64,000 nucleotides of DNA from contig OZ251518.1 of NCBI GenBank assembly GCA_965242965.1, positions 1,344,001-1,408,000 on the forward strand. The letters run 5' to 3'. Under the pieces are notes generated by a model that did no database searches, was not told where the DNA came from, and saw only the letters and a list, made by a program, of their open reading frames with translations. Of the stretch, positions 1-10,589 are shown piece after piece. Position 1 is the stretch's first letter. Every line of letters begins with the position of its first letter. A program made the translations under genes and the position numbers. Origin of the DNA: Candidatus Poribacteria bacterium. GTDB taxonomy: Bacteria; Poribacteria; WGA-4E; WGA-3G.

Positions 1-2
1 GC

Positions 3-2105
3 CACCGTTACAATCGGCCCCGTCGTCCGAAATCGGTGCCGGACGGCTCGCCTATTCTCAGCCTGATGGACTTGCAGGTGGGGGATTATGTCGTGCATGT
101 CTCACACGGCATCGCGATTTATGAAGGCATTCGCCGCTTGACACTTGATGGCGGCTCGCAAGACAGAACGCTGCAGCAAGATTTTATTGTCCTGAAATAC
201 AGTTCTGGCGATATCCTCTATGTCCCGACAGACCAGGTGGATATGGTTCAGAAGTATATCGGGAGCCAGGAAGACTCTCATAAACCGCGTATTGACAAAC
301 TCGGCGGCACCGATTGGCATCGCCGAAAAGCGCGAGCGAAAGCATCTATTGAACAACTGGCAGATGAACTCCTGAAATTGTATGCCTTGCGGCAGGCACG
401 CAAAGGATACGCTTTTCCGGAGGAGGTGCCGTGGCAAGCAGAATTTGAGACGCTGTTTCCTTACCAAGAAACGGAAGACCAGATCCGGGCCATTGAAGAC
501 GTTACGGCGGACATGGAGACAGAACGCCCGATGGACAGACTCATCTGTGGCGATGTCGGTTATGGTAAAACCGAAGTGGCACTGCGCGCCGCCTTCAAAT
601 CTGTCATGGCAGAGAAACAGGTGGCAGTGCTTGTGCCAACGACGATTCTCGCGTTGCAACACTATGACACTTTTGAAAAACGTTTCAAGCCGTTTCCTGT
701 GCAGGTGGAGATTCTCAGCCGTTTCCGCACACGGAAGGAGATAAAAGAGGTAAAAGCCGGGCTCGCCAATGGCACCGTTGACATTGTCATCGGGACGCAT
801 AGTCTCCTCTCCAAAACGGTTGAATTTGACAACCTAGGGCTCCTGGTTGTTGACGAGGAGCACCGGTTCGGCGTAAAGCACAAAGAGCGCATTAAGCAGG
901 TGAATGAGACGGTAGACGTGCTAACGTTAACAGCCACGCCGATTCCGCGCACCTTGCACATGTCCCTCGTCGGCATCCGCGATTTCAGCGTGATTAACAC
1001 GCCGCCTGCGAATCGGATGTCCATTCAAACGCATGTCATGGCCTATGCGCCGGAGGTTATCCGCGAAGCGATTCTCGCCGAATTAGCACGCGATGGACAG
1101 GTGTTTTTTGTGCATAACCGCGTCCAGAGTATCCAGACTGTGGCGCAAACCCTTCAGCATCTCGTGCCGGAGGCGCGGGTGGCTGTCGCACACGGACAGA
1201 TGCCGGAACGCGAACTTGAAAGCGTTATGCTTGAGTTTGTCCGTCACAAGCACGATGTTTTGGTTTGCACGATGATTATTGAATCGGGACTTGATATCCC
1301 GAATGTGAACACTATCCTCATTGATAGAGCCGACGCGCTCGGTTTGGCGCAACTCTATCAACTACGTGGGCGCGTCGGGCGCGCCGATGTGCAGGCATAC
1401 GGGTATCTGTTCTACCCCCAGAATCAGGTGATAACCGAGGGCGCGATGAAAAGGCTCCGCGTGATTGAGGAATTCACAGACCTCGGTTCCGGTTTTAAAA
1501 TCGCCCTTCGGGATTTAGAAATCCGCGGTGCTGGCACACTCCTCGGCGCGGAACAGCACGGACACATCGTCACTATCGGCTATGAACTTTACTGCAAGTT
1601 GCTTGAAGAAGCCGTGCAGAAGTTGAAAGGTGAAGAGGTAGAGGAGCAGGTGGAAACCCGCATCCGTCTGCCGGTAGAGGCATATCTGCCCGATGACTAT
1701 GTGCCGGATAGCCGCCAAAAGGTGGCACTTTACAAGAAAATCGCCGCGTTAAAAAGCGACGAAGCACTTCAGGAACTGCGCGCCGAACTCATAGATAGAT
1801 ACGGCGCGATTCCGAAACCGGCAGCGATGCTGCTTGCCATTGCAAGCCTGAAACCGCTCTGTCAACGGCTCGGCATCACTGCAATTGTCGGCGGCCCCAA
1901 AAAAGGGCGAACATCAACCGTCAAAATCACCTTTGACGAACGAACGCCGAAAATCGATATCCACCGGCTGATGGAGGTAATCCAAAAAGACCCGAGCCTT
2001 CGATTGCTTCCGCCAGCCCATCTTGTTGTTCGCCTCCGGGAATCCCCAGGCGAAACAATGCTTTATGTCTTGGCACAGAAATTGAAAACGCTGCTGCCAG
2101 AATAA
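3..2105 (+). CDS. mfd: Transcription-repair coupling factor Mfd (5'-truncated by window edge)
   Basis: CarD-like RID (GDYVVHVSHGIAIYEG), Walker A GDVGYGKT, DEEHRFG, TATPIPRTL, QLRGRVGR, TRG motif (DLEIRGAGTLLG) and C-terminal TRCF domain; frame is open to the window start. Confidence 0.97.
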   Translation, partial: HRYNRPRRPKSVPDGSPILSLMDLQVGDYVVHVSHGIAIYEGIRRLTLDGGSQDRTLQQDFIVLKYSSGDILYVPTDQVDMVQKYIGSQEDSHKPRIDKLGGTDWHRRKARAKASIEQLADELLKLYALRQARKGYAFPEEVPWQAEFETLFPYQETEDQIRAIEDVTADMETERPMDRLICGDVGYGKTEVALRAAFKSVMAEKQVAVLVPTTILALQHYDTFEKRFKPFPVQVEILSRFRTRKEIKEVKAGLANGTVDIVIGTHSLLSKTVEFDNLGLLVVDEEHRFGVKHKERIKQVNETVDVLTLTATPIPRTLHMSLVGIRDFSVINTPPANRMSIQTHVMAYAPEVIREAILAELARDGQVFFVHNRVQSIQTVAQTLQHLVPEARVAVAHGQMPERELESVMLEFVRHKHDVLVCTMIIESGLDIPNVNTILIDRADALGLAQLYQLRGRVGRADVQAYGYLFYPQNQVITEGAMKRLRVIEEFTDLGSGFKIALRDLEIRGAGTLLGAEQHGHIVTIGYELYCKLLEEAVQKLKGEEVEEQVETRIRLPVEAYLPDDYVPDSRQKVALYKKIAALKSDEALQELRAELIDRYGAIPKPAAMLLAIASLKPLCQRLGITAIVGGPKKGRTSTVKITFDERTPKIDIHRLMEVIQKDPSLRLLPPAHLVVRLRESPGETMLYVLAQKLKTLLPE

Positions 2106-2214
2106 TTTCGTTTTCTGTTTCTGTGCTAAAATATCGTAGGGCGGGGGCATGTCCTCCGCCACTCTTATCGCGAGGGAGCACCTGTCCCTCGTCATTTTAA
2201 AGGAGATACATCAC

Positions 2215-3180
2215 ATGAAAAAAACGCTTATTGTATGCGCAATTGTTGCCGTAGCCTGTCTCGCGACGTGGCAGTTCGTTCAATCCGAACATCATGAGCA
2301 GTCGGCAGCGGACGTTGCGCAAATGGACAGCCAGATTATTGTGGCTGAATACCAATGGAACGGTGAGCCCTATCAGATTTCGCTGGAGGCCCTGAACGCC
2401 GCCATCGCGGAATTGCCTGTCTACCGGCAGCAAAATTACGAGAGCCGGGCAGATAAGGCGGAATACTTGGAGGAACTGATTGAGGAGAAACTCAAAATCC
2501 TCCGCGCCGCCGACGAAGGGTTTGACAAACTCCCCGGGCACCTTAAGAAGTTAGATGACTACACGCATCAACTCATGGTTGAGAAGCTGACCGAGGCGGA
2601 AGTTGATGCGAAAGTCACCTATACCGATGAGGAACTCATGGCGCATTATCAGGAAAACCTGAGCGACTACATTGAGCAGGCGAAGGTGCGTGCAACCTGC
2701 ATTACGCTTGAAGACGAAGACCTGGCGAATGAAACGCTTGACGTAATCATCGCGGGGAAGGACATCGTTGTGAGCGCGACAGAACTCTCCGAAGCAGGCA
2801 AACTCGCCAGAGGCCCCGGCACCAATCGGGATGAACCGGGCAATACGTTCTTCTTCGCGAAATCTGACTCGGCGCAATGGGCGGAATTCATTGATGCCGC
2901 CTTCGCGCAAGAAATCGGCGAGATAACCGATACCGTCTTTGAAACCGAAGTCAGCGAGAAAACCTTCTATCTCATTTTCCGCAAAGAAGAACATCGGCCG
3001 GAGAGACAGAAGGAATTCGCTGAAGTGAAAGACGACATCCAGCGCGAAATTAAACGGAGCAAGAAGCGCGTCCGAATCAACGAATGGATAGAGGAAATCT
3101 CGGCGCGCGGCAAACTGCAACTCTTTCCTGAAAACATCCCTGCACCTCCCAAACCGGAGGAAGCAGAATCAGAACAGTAA
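2215..3180 (+). CDS. PrsA/SurA-like peptidyl-prolyl isomerase/foldase family protein, secreted
   Basis: SD AGGAG near 2200, signal peptide MKKTLIVCAIVAVACLA, SurA_N-like helices, degenerate parvulin region (VRATCITL..FIDAAF..GEI); paralog of the next gene. Confidence 0.75.
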   Translation: MKKTLIVCAIVAVACLATWQFVQSEHHEQSAADVAQMDSQIIVAEYQWNGEPYQISLEALNAAIAELPVYRQQNYESRADKAEYLEELIEEKLKILRAADEGFDKLPGHLKKLDDYTHQLMVEKLTEAEVDAKVTYTDEELMAHYQENLSDYIEQAKVRATCITLEDEDLANETLDVIIAGKDIVVSATELSEAGKLARGPGTNRDEPGNTFFFAKSDSAQWAEFIDAAFAQEIGEITDTVFETEVSEKTFYLIFRKEEHRPERQKEFAEVKDDIQREIKRSKKRVRINEWIEEISARGKLQLFPENIPAPPKPEEAESEQ

Positions 3181-3397
3181 GCGAGACTACCCGGGCTCGA
3201 TTGCTCCCCGGTAGGAGAGACCTCCTGGTCTCGATGCAATACCGGTAGGAAAGACCTCCCGGTCTCGATGCCGTAGGCAAAACCTCCCGGTCTCGATGCA
3301 ATATCGGTAGGCGAGACCTCCTGGTCTTGACAAACACCGGTAGGCGAGCCCCATTATTTCGCGAATGACGAAAACCTAACGTTGATAGGAGATAGAT

Positions 3398-4411
3398 TTG
3401 AAAATGATAAACAGAATTATGAAGACAACCGGCGGCGCGCTGTTACTCGCGATGCTTGCCGTGCTACCCTTCCTCACCGGCTGCGGGGACAAAGCCATCG
3501 GTGCCGATGGAACCGTCATCGCAGCCTATGAATGGGACGGTAAAAAGCACCACATCACGCTGGAGGAGATGCAGCAGGAGATTAGCGAGCTCCCGGCATA
3601 TAAGCAGCGTCAGTATCAGGACAAAGAGGGGTTGGAAACCTACATGCTCCTCATGGCGGAGAGTCGCCTCATCCTCAGCCTCGCTCGCGACCAGAAATTG
3701 AACGAAGACCCGGGTATCCTCAAGAAGGTCCAGGACTATCTTCACGAGCTCATGGTAAAGAAAATTACCACACAAGAGGTTGACGACAAACTTGCGTTGA
3801 CAGAGGACGACTACCTACGCTATTACGAAGCGCATAAGGAAGACTATGTCCGTCCCGCGCAGGTGCGGCTGTTGTGCATCACGATTACCGATAAAGCACG
3901 CGCCGATGAAGTTTTTGCCGAAATTAAGGCTGGCAAAGATATCGCAGAAGCCGCCCAAGAGCTCTCCGATAGAGGCGAACTCGTCGGGCCCGGCGCGAAT
4001 CCCGCATCACCCGGCGATACGGATTACATCAGCCGCGATGCCTTCCCGGAAGGAACTGAGCCGTTTCTTGATGCCGCCTTCGCCGCCGAGATTGGCGAAC
4101 TGCACGACGGTGTCATTGAAGTTGATGTCCAAGGACAGCAATATTTCATGATGTTCCGAAAAGACGAGGCACGGGATGCTTACCAGAAGCCTTTTGAGGA
4201 AGAGGATGTCCGGAAGAATGTCGTGCGGAAGGTGGAACGCGAGAAGCGGAATGCCCTCATGAAAGAGTGGGTAACCCAACTCCGCGACCGCGCGGAAGTC
4301 AAGACTTATACCGACCGGATTCCGGAGGCAGAAGAGGAAACTTCTGAACCCGAACCGGAGGAGACTGAAGAGGAGATGGAAGAGGCACCCGCGGAGAATC
4401 AGCTTAAATAA
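3398..4411 (+). CDS. PrsA/SurA-like foldase lipoprotein
   Basis: Lipobox FLTGC; aligns by eye with the preceding gene (AYEWDG..ITLEE..I.ELP.Y.Q); parvulin-like core; acidic tail. Confidence 0.75.
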   Translation: MKMINRIMKTTGGALLLAMLAVLPFLTGCGDKAIGADGTVIAAYEWDGKKHHITLEEMQQEISELPAYKQRQYQDKEGLETYMLLMAESRLILSLARDQKLNEDPGILKKVQDYLHELMVKKITTQEVDDKLALTEDDYLRYYEAHKEDYVRPAQVRLLCITITDKARADEVFAEIKAGKDIAEAAQELSDRGELVGPGANPASPGDTDYISRDAFPEGTEPFLDAAFAAEIGELHDGVIEVDVQGQQYFMMFRKDEARDAYQKPFEEEDVRKNVVRKVEREKRNALMKEWVTQLRDRAEVKTYTDRIPEAEEETSEPEPEETEEEMEEAPAENQLK

Positions 4412-4574
4412 TTCCGCGTGCCTGTAAGGCGGGGGGTTGTCCCCCGCCATCCTGCAGTCTGAATTGGGCATCGGAGCCGTAGGAGAGACCTCTGGTCTCG
4501 ATGCAGCAGCCTATTGTCGTCTCGGCGTTGTCCCAGGTCCCGATGCCCCTACGCACCCCCAAGGAGGTGTATCC

Positions 4575-5879
4575 ATGAAAAGCAAAATTACTGCAACACT
4601 CGTGCTGAGTCTGTGCTGCATCACTATCGGCATGCAGCACGCCACCGCACGCACCCTTGATAGAATCGTCGCGCATGTCAACGACGATGTCGTCACACAG
4701 TGGGAGTTGGACACTTTAGTGAAACAACGCGCGATGGAGTTACAGCAGGTCTACCGCTTCAGCGAGCGCGAGGCACAACAGGAAGCAGAACGGCAACGCG
4801 CCGAACTTTTGGACAGGCTCGTCCGGCAAATGCTTCTACTAGAAGCCGCACTCACCCTGAAAGTCACTGTCACCGACTCTGAAGTGGAGCAATATATCAA
4901 GGATTTTAAAAGCCGGTATCAGATTGAAACCGACGAAGCACTCCGGGAGCAGCTGAACCGGGAGGGCCTCACCCTCGTCGCGTTTCGCGAGCAATCGGAA
5001 CGGAACCTGAAATCTGAGAAACTGGTGATGGGCAGAATTGTCCCGCGGCTTCAGATTCGGGACAGCGAGGTCCAACAATTTTTTGAAGAGAATCGGGAGC
5101 AGCTGCCAACAAAAGCAGATAAGGTGCGGTTGCGGCATCTCTTTATCGCCTTCAAACCGACCGAGGCAGATCGGGATGCCGCGCGGGAGAAGGTGAACGC
5201 TGCGCGGGATGCTATCGCCGCAGAGCCCACCGAATTTGAAACTGTCGCCCAGCGTTATGCCCCATCGCAACACGTAAACTCGCAGGTAGGCAAGTTAATT
5301 GAGGCAGGCAAGGAAGAACTGAACAGTTTTCCGGAAACCTTCCAGACGGTGCTTGCAACGCTCAACGCAGGCGAGATGAGCGAACCGATCGAGGCAAACG
5401 AGGGACTCTATGTTTTCCGAGTGGAAACGAAAACTGACGAGATGACTGGATTTCGGTATTTCATCGTTCCGCTGGGACTGAGCGAGGCCGCCATCCAAGC
5501 CGCCCGCGAACACAGCGCGGAACTCTACAAGAAATTGGAGGCAGGCGCAGATTTCAACGCGCTCACCTCCCAACATTCCGACGATACAGAAACGAAGGAA
5601 AATGGGGGAGACCTCGGGGTTCGTTCCCTCGCCGAACTGAATCCTAAGACGCGACAAATCGTTGAGGCACTTGACACGGGGGCTTACAGTCAACCCGTTG
5701 AAACTTCCTCCGGACTGCACATCTTCAAAGTTGACGAACGGAATACCCCAGACCTGAGCGAGGCGGAGAAACGGCAAATCATCTCTATCCTGCGCCAACA
5801 ACGTTTTCAGGAAGAGTGGGCTGCTTACACCGACCGGCTCATGGAAAACGCTTACGTGAAAATCAAGTTGAATGAATAG
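4575..5879 (+). CDS. surA: SurA-like periplasmic chaperone with two PPIase (parvulin) domains
   Basis: SD AAGGAGG before ATG 4575; LDRIVAHVNDDVVT (SurA N-terminus); RLRHLFI; HSDD..NGGDLG; YSQPVETSSGLHIFKV. Confidence 0.8.
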   Translation: MKSKITATLVLSLCCITIGMQHATARTLDRIVAHVNDDVVTQWELDTLVKQRAMELQQVYRFSEREAQQEAERQRAELLDRLVRQMLLLEAALTLKVTVTDSEVEQYIKDFKSRYQIETDEALREQLNREGLTLVAFREQSERNLKSEKLVMGRIVPRLQIRDSEVQQFFEENREQLPTKADKVRLRHLFIAFKPTEADRDAAREKVNAARDAIAAEPTEFETVAQRYAPSQHVNSQVGKLIEAGKEELNSFPETFQTVLATLNAGEMSEPIEANEGLYVFRVETKTDEMTGFRYFIVPLGLSEAAIQAAREHSAELYKKLEAGADFNALTSQHSDDTETKENGGDLGVRSLAELNPKTRQIVEALDTGAYSQPVETSSGLHIFKVDERNTPDLSEAEKRQIISILRQQRFQEEWAAYTDRLMENAYVKIKLNE

Positions 5880-8800
5880 GAAATCCGTGCCAAACCTTTT
5901 GCCCAAACTATTGAAATCCTGCCGATACTTTGTCTGCTGCGTTCTTGTAGCCATCGCGGGGCTCCTTGTTGTCCCGGTACCACTCATCGCGCAAGCCCCC
6001 GATGAGGTGCCGGAGACAGAGGAAAAAGCACTTCCGGACACCGGTGAGGAACCGCAGACAGAGGAAACCCCCCAGGCCCCATCTCCATCCCCATCTCCGT
6101 CTCCCTCTGAAGACGCAGCACCCGGAGAGGCGCAACCTGAAGGGGAGGAGAAGAGCGAACCGGGGGAAGAAGAGCAGAAACCTGAGGGGTTGGACCCGGA
6201 GCAGATGACTCCCGACCCGGGTGTCGTCATCGGCGATGGCGATGAGATGGTGATGCATGATAATTTCGTCCAAATCCACGGCAACGCGCTCATCAAATAC
6301 GGCGACATCATTTTGCGGGCGGACCACGTTTGGGCTGACTTCAACGAGAATCTCATGCGCGCATCGGGCAATGTCCATCTCATCTCTGGTAACGAGGAGA
6401 CCTTCTCCGATGAACTCGTGTTTAATCTGGAGACAAAAAAGGGCATCGCACGCAACGGGTTTACCTACACCGACCCTTGGTATTTCGGCGGCAGCGATGT
6501 CTTTAAAATCGACGAAAAGAAATCCTATATCCGTAGTGCGACTTTGACGACGTGCTCGCTGAAATATCCGCACTACTATTTCAGCGTTTCGCGCGTGATT
6601 GTCCGGGTTAATGAAGAGATGATTGCGAAGAATATCGTCCTGCGCATCGGTGGATATCCGCTCTTCTATTTCCCCGCTATCCGCCGTGATCTTCGGAAAG
6701 ACAAGGTTGCCAAAATCATTGTGAAAGTCGGCACCGATAGTTATCAGGGGCCCTATATCAGTATCATCCAACCTATCGCGCGCGAACGGCGTTACGATGG
6801 CGCGCTCCTCTACGACGAAAGCGCGAGACGCGGACGCGGCTTCGGATTTGAAGGCAAATATCGTTTCAACGACACGCAATTCCGCGAAATTTATATCCCT
6901 ATCCCGCCAGATGCAACGTCCGCGCAACGGACAAAACTGGAAGAAAAGGCGAAGGAGATACATGAACGGCTTGAGGGGGAACACGATAGGTATTGGCTCA
7001 AGCAACTCTTCCTCCCTTATGAGATTACGGAGGATGATGTCAACCGGGCCAAAGAGACAGCGGAAGAGCTCCTCAAGCAACTTAAAGAGGAAGATGCCGA
7101 CTTTGCGGAACTTGCGCAACGCAATTCGGACCACGATACTCGGTATGAGGGCGGCGATTTAGGGTTTGTCGCCCGTGGTGAACGCATTGAGGAAAAAACG
7201 CCTGCAACATCTAAAACGCAAAACGCGCCAGAAGCGAAGACAACACCGGAAACCGATGGAGAGGAAATCACGCCTGAAAGCAGTCCAGCAGAAACCACTC
7301 CTGAAGACACACCGACAGATGCGGAAACGGAAGCAACAGAGGCACCACCCGCCGGAAAACTTAAACTGGATCCGATTTTAGAGGAAGCCGCCTTTCAATT
7401 GGCAGAAGGCGAAATCAGTTCTGTCTTAAAGACAGAGTCTGCCTTTCACATCCTCAAAGTGGAGCGCGTGCTTGATGTCTACGGCGAACGCGAAATTCAA
7501 CTCCGCCGGATTGACATCGCCATCGCTGCCAGCGACGAAACACAGCAGAAACTCCGCGAAACAACCGATATGATTCACACACGCGCGCTGGAAGGCGAAA
7601 CTTTTGAGCAACTCGCCGCGGAATTCGATGAAGCGACATTATCGGAAGTGAACAATGGCGACGGACTACCGCTCAGCGAGATGGATGCCAGTTGGCGGTA
7701 TTCTGTCAGACGCTTGGAGAAGCCGGGCGACATCACGCAACGTCGGCCCGTTTCCACACCAGAAGGACTCTACCTCTTCCAATTGACTGAGAAAGAGGAG
7801 ACACCGGCTTTTGAGGAACTCGCTGAGGAACTTGACGCAGAATGGGAGACGTTCCTTGAAGAAGTGATGTCTTCAACGGAAGAACCAAAGGAAGGGGAGG
7901 AATCGCCTGAGCCCGACACCTCTGCAGAGACTGGGCCTGTTACAACTGAAGTAGCATCGCAGGAAAGTGCGGAAATCGCAAAAAGTGAATCGTCTGAACC
8001 GCCAGCTCTACCTGAAGAGGAGGAACCAGCAGAATTGAGTCCAGAGGACGAACCGCCTTCAGCGGAAGAGAACGCGGATTCTGAAGCAGACGCGCAAGAT
8101 GAATCGGACGAAGAAGGCGAAGAGGAAGAACCGTTTACCGTTTATCGAAAACACGGGTATCGCGGCAGGTGGGAAGACCCGAGTGCCGTCGCATCAGAAG
8201 CGCAAAGTCTATACGGCGGCGAATTTAGCAAAGTCATTCCCACTAAAAAATCGTTCCGGCTCATCAAGGTGGACAAAAAGCGCACCTATCGTGGAGATAT
8301 CTACTTCTATGGGGCAGACCACTATTCCTTTGACAGGCAAAGTCCCTCTCGCATCGGCAGACGCTGGAACATGCGGTGGGGACACACGCAATCGCTCTAT
8401 ACCCCGTGGGACAGCCGCCGAGAAGGCCGCAGGCCCATCAGTTTCACCGGACGGACAGAATGGCGCGCGCTCAATTACAAAGAGGAATTGAAACTACCCG
8501 GCGAATCCACGCTCAACACGTTTGGACTCCTCACTTACGGAGCCGCTTTCTCCGCCTTGGACGAAGGAGACCGGGATGAGAACGGCAACCTCCGGTTCTC
8601 TCGACAACCGACCGGGGATTTCACCGGACGGTTGGAGGTGCGGCATATCCACGACTTCACCGGCGAAGGCACAACATCGCTTCAAAAACTGCCGCAACTC
8701 ACCTTGAACTTTTCACGGATGCGGTTTAGCGGATTGCCGGTGTTTAGAACCATCAATTCCAATCTCGTGACGCTTGCGGAGAAAGCCGCCACAGACGAAC

Positions 8801-9969
8801 CCTTTCTCTCACTATTTGCTGTCCCTACCTTGGAAAACACCAGTTTCGATTTGGACATTGAGCTCGGCAATTTCTACCGGCAGGTTTACAAAAGCACACT
8901 CGTCGGAGATGAGAGGGACGTGTTTCTGCAAACGATGGACATGGGGTTCGATCTGCGCAAACAATCAACGCTGCTGATTACGCCTTTGCGTGAACTGCTC
9001 CTAAACATGAATCTCAATACGAATGTGATATGGCACGACCAGGACCAGGAGAAAAACCGCAACATTGTGCGCGGTGTCTATAGTTTCCGAGGCTCTGCCA
9101 CGAACACGCTCTTCCGTGTCTATAATATCAATTTCATCCCGCGTATGCGCAAACTGCGCCACGAGATGCAGTCCACGGTGACGTTTGATTATCAGCCGCC
9201 TATCGATGAGAACAAGAATCTCTATCCATTCGGACCGAGCACCTATTTCTATGAACGGAAATCGCTCTCCTACAATTTTGATACCAACATCGAGATTAAG
9301 ACGCAGCGGAGTCAATCGCCGCACCGCGTTCTCCAGCTTCGGACGCGGCTTCGCGCCGATTTTACCGAATTCGACCCGCTCTACAAACGGCGATATGAAC
9401 CGATTGAAAGCGATTTCACCTTCATCCCGCTGCCCAGTCGGAGTCTGAATATGACCGTGCGCTTCACGCACGATCCGAACCCAGATCCGGATGATAACAA
9501 GACTTTCAAGATGGTTGGGCTTCGTTCCAACATCCGTTATACGCGTCAGAGTTGGAATGTGAGTATCGGGAGTTCGTTTAGCAAACGGCTTACTTCGCGG
9601 CAAGCCTCCCGCTCCATCACGGCGAGTGGGCGGTACCGTTTTAGCGAACATCTCGATTTCGATGTCAGTCTCATCTATTATCCGATTGATAGGCAATTCT
9701 ATTCGCAGCGGGTTAGTATCAACCGGAACTTGCACGATTGGAACTTGCGGATTTCGTGGAGTCGTGTCGGCATCAAGCGCGGCGAACCGCCGTATAACAA
9801 TGTCCGCCAAGACTTTACGTTCCAAATTAGTCTGATTCCGGAGCCGGCTGTTTCGATGGGTGTTGGCTACGATGCGACGACGGACACTTGGGGTATCCGC
9901 ACGTTGCCAGCGGGTTCGCCTTACAATGCCTTTGGCGTTGGCAATTCGTTGGGACGTTCTTACTTCTAA
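5872..9969 (+). CDS. lptD: LptD/OstA-like outer-membrane LPS assembly protein with inserted parvulin (PPIase) domains
   Basis: OstA beta-jellyroll N-terminus (GNALIKYGDIILRAD..ASGNV..ELVFNLETKKG; TTCS..PHYYF; FYFP), beta-barrel-like C-terminus (SINRNLHDWNLRISW); central GGDLGFV and AAFQLAEGEISSVLKTESAFHILKV parvulin motifs. Confidence 0.75.
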   Translation: MNRKSVPNLLPKLLKSCRYFVCCVLVAIAGLLVVPVPLIAQAPDEVPETEEKALPDTGEEPQTEETPQAPSPSPSPSPSEDAAPGEAQPEGEEKSEPGEEEQKPEGLDPEQMTPDPGVVIGDGDEMVMHDNFVQIHGNALIKYGDIILRADHVWADFNENLMRASGNVHLISGNEETFSDELVFNLETKKGIARNGFTYTDPWYFGGSDVFKIDEKKSYIRSATLTTCSLKYPHYYFSVSRVIVRVNEEMIAKNIVLRIGGYPLFYFPAIRRDLRKDKVAKIIVKVGTDSYQGPYISIIQPIARERRYDGALLYDESARRGRGFGFEGKYRFNDTQFREIYIPIPPDATSAQRTKLEEKAKEIHERLEGEHDRYWLKQLFLPYEITEDDVNRAKETAEELLKQLKEEDADFAELAQRNSDHDTRYEGGDLGFVARGERIEEKTPATSKTQNAPEAKTTPETDGEEITPESSPAETTPEDTPTDAETEATEAPPAGKLKLDPILEEAAFQLAEGEISSVLKTESAFHILKVERVLDVYGEREIQLRRIDIAIAASDETQQKLRETTDMIHTRALEGETFEQLAAEFDEATLSEVNNGDGLPLSEMDASWRYSVRRLEKPGDITQRRPVSTPEGLYLFQLTEKEETPAFEELAEELDAEWETFLEEVMSSTEEPKEGEESPEPDTSAETGPVTTEVASQESAEIAKSESSEPPALPEEEEPAELSPEDEPPSAEENADSEADAQDESDEEGEEEEPFTVYRKHGYRGRWEDPSAVASEAQSLYGGEFSKVIPTKKSFRLIKVDKKRTYRGDIYFYGADHYSFDRQSPSRIGRRWNMRWGHTQSLYTPWDSRREGRRPISFTGRTEWRALNYKEELKLPGESTLNTFGLLTYGAAFSALDEGDRDENGNLRFSRQPTGDFTGRLEVRHIHDFTGEGTTSLQKLPQLTLNFSRMRFSGLPVFRTINSNLVTLAEKAATDEPFLSLFAVPTLENTSFDLDIELGNFYRQVYKSTLVGDERDVFLQTMDMGFDLRKQSTLLITPLRELLLNMNLNTNVIWHDQDQEKNRNIVRGVYSFRGSATNTLFRVYNINFIPRMRKLRHEMQSTVTFDYQPPIDENKNLYPFGPSTYFYERKSLSYNFDTNIEIKTQRSQSPHRVLQLRTRLRADFTEFDPLYKRRYEPIESDFTFIPLPSRSLNMTVRFTHDPNPDPDDNKTFKMVGLRSNIRYTRQSWNVSIGSSFSKRLTSRQASRSITASGRYRFSEHLDFDVSLIYYPIDRQFYSQRVSINRNLHDWNLRISWSRVGIKRGEPPYNNVRQDFTFQISLIPEPAVSMGVGYDATTDTWGIRTLPAGSPYNAFGVGNSLGRSYF

Positions 9970-9981
9970 TAGGAAGGTATC

Positions 9982-10140
9982 GTGAACACAGCCCTAAAGG
10001 TTGCAACGGTTGATTTTGACTTTGTGGAACGCTTCGGCGCGCTCAACGAGGAATTAGTTGTGCTGAACGCCGAGGCGCGGCAGTTAGAAGAACGCATCGC
10101 GGAAAATGTTGCAAAGATGTTAGGAAACGTGGTATCATAG
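9982..10140 (+). pseudogene. 52-aa ORF resembling the C-terminal helix of a type I restriction-modification HsdM subunit
   Basis: GTG start after AGGAAGG; translation ..[38 protein letters not shown].. recalls HsdM C-termini; no upstream MTase body. Confidence 0.55.
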
Positions 10141-10235
10141 ACGAACCGGCTCATTCCGCAATGCCGTAGGGTGAGGGCCTGTCCCTCGCGATGCCACGTA
10201 CCACCATACCGTAGGGTGAGGGCCTGTCCCTCACT

Positions 10236-10589
10236 ATGCCGATGAAAGAGATAAGCTGGGTTGGGGATTCTCGTGAGAAACTCCGAAACTTTCCTCAGTC
10301 CGCAAGAAGAACAATAGGTGAGGCGTTAAGTTTCGTACAAGAAGCACGTCAGCGACACCCAAACGCCAAACCGTTAAGAGGAATAGGTTCGGGCGTATGG
10401 GAAATCGTCGCGCGTTATGATACGAACACCTACCGGGCGGTTTATACCGTCAATATTGGCGAACGCATCTATGTGCTTCATGCATTCCAGAAGAAGTCTT
10501 CTCAAGGCATCCGCACGCCGAAACGCGAGATTGACTTGATTAAACAACGTCTGAAAATGGCGCAATGGATGGAGGCAAACAATGAGTGA
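10236..10589 (+). CDS. RelE/ParE-family (HigB/Gp49-like) toxin
   Basis: KPLRGIGSGVWEI..YRAVY..IYVLHAFQKKS..TPKREIDLIKQRL; toxin gene precedes the antitoxin gene. Confidence 0.88.
   Translation: MPMKEISWVGDSREKLRNFPQSARRTIGEALSFVQEARQRHPNAKPLRGIGSGVWEIVARYDTNTYRAVYTVNIGERIYVLHAFQKKSSQGIRTPKREIDLIKQRLKMAQWMEANNE

Noticed and set aside
3177-3350. Regularly spaced palindromic repeats resembling a CRISPR array (also 26000-26170, 27427-27840, 51185-51410)
   Set aside because: Spacers are very short or themselves repeated, units occur in both orientations across the window, and no cas genes are present; they are REP-like clusters
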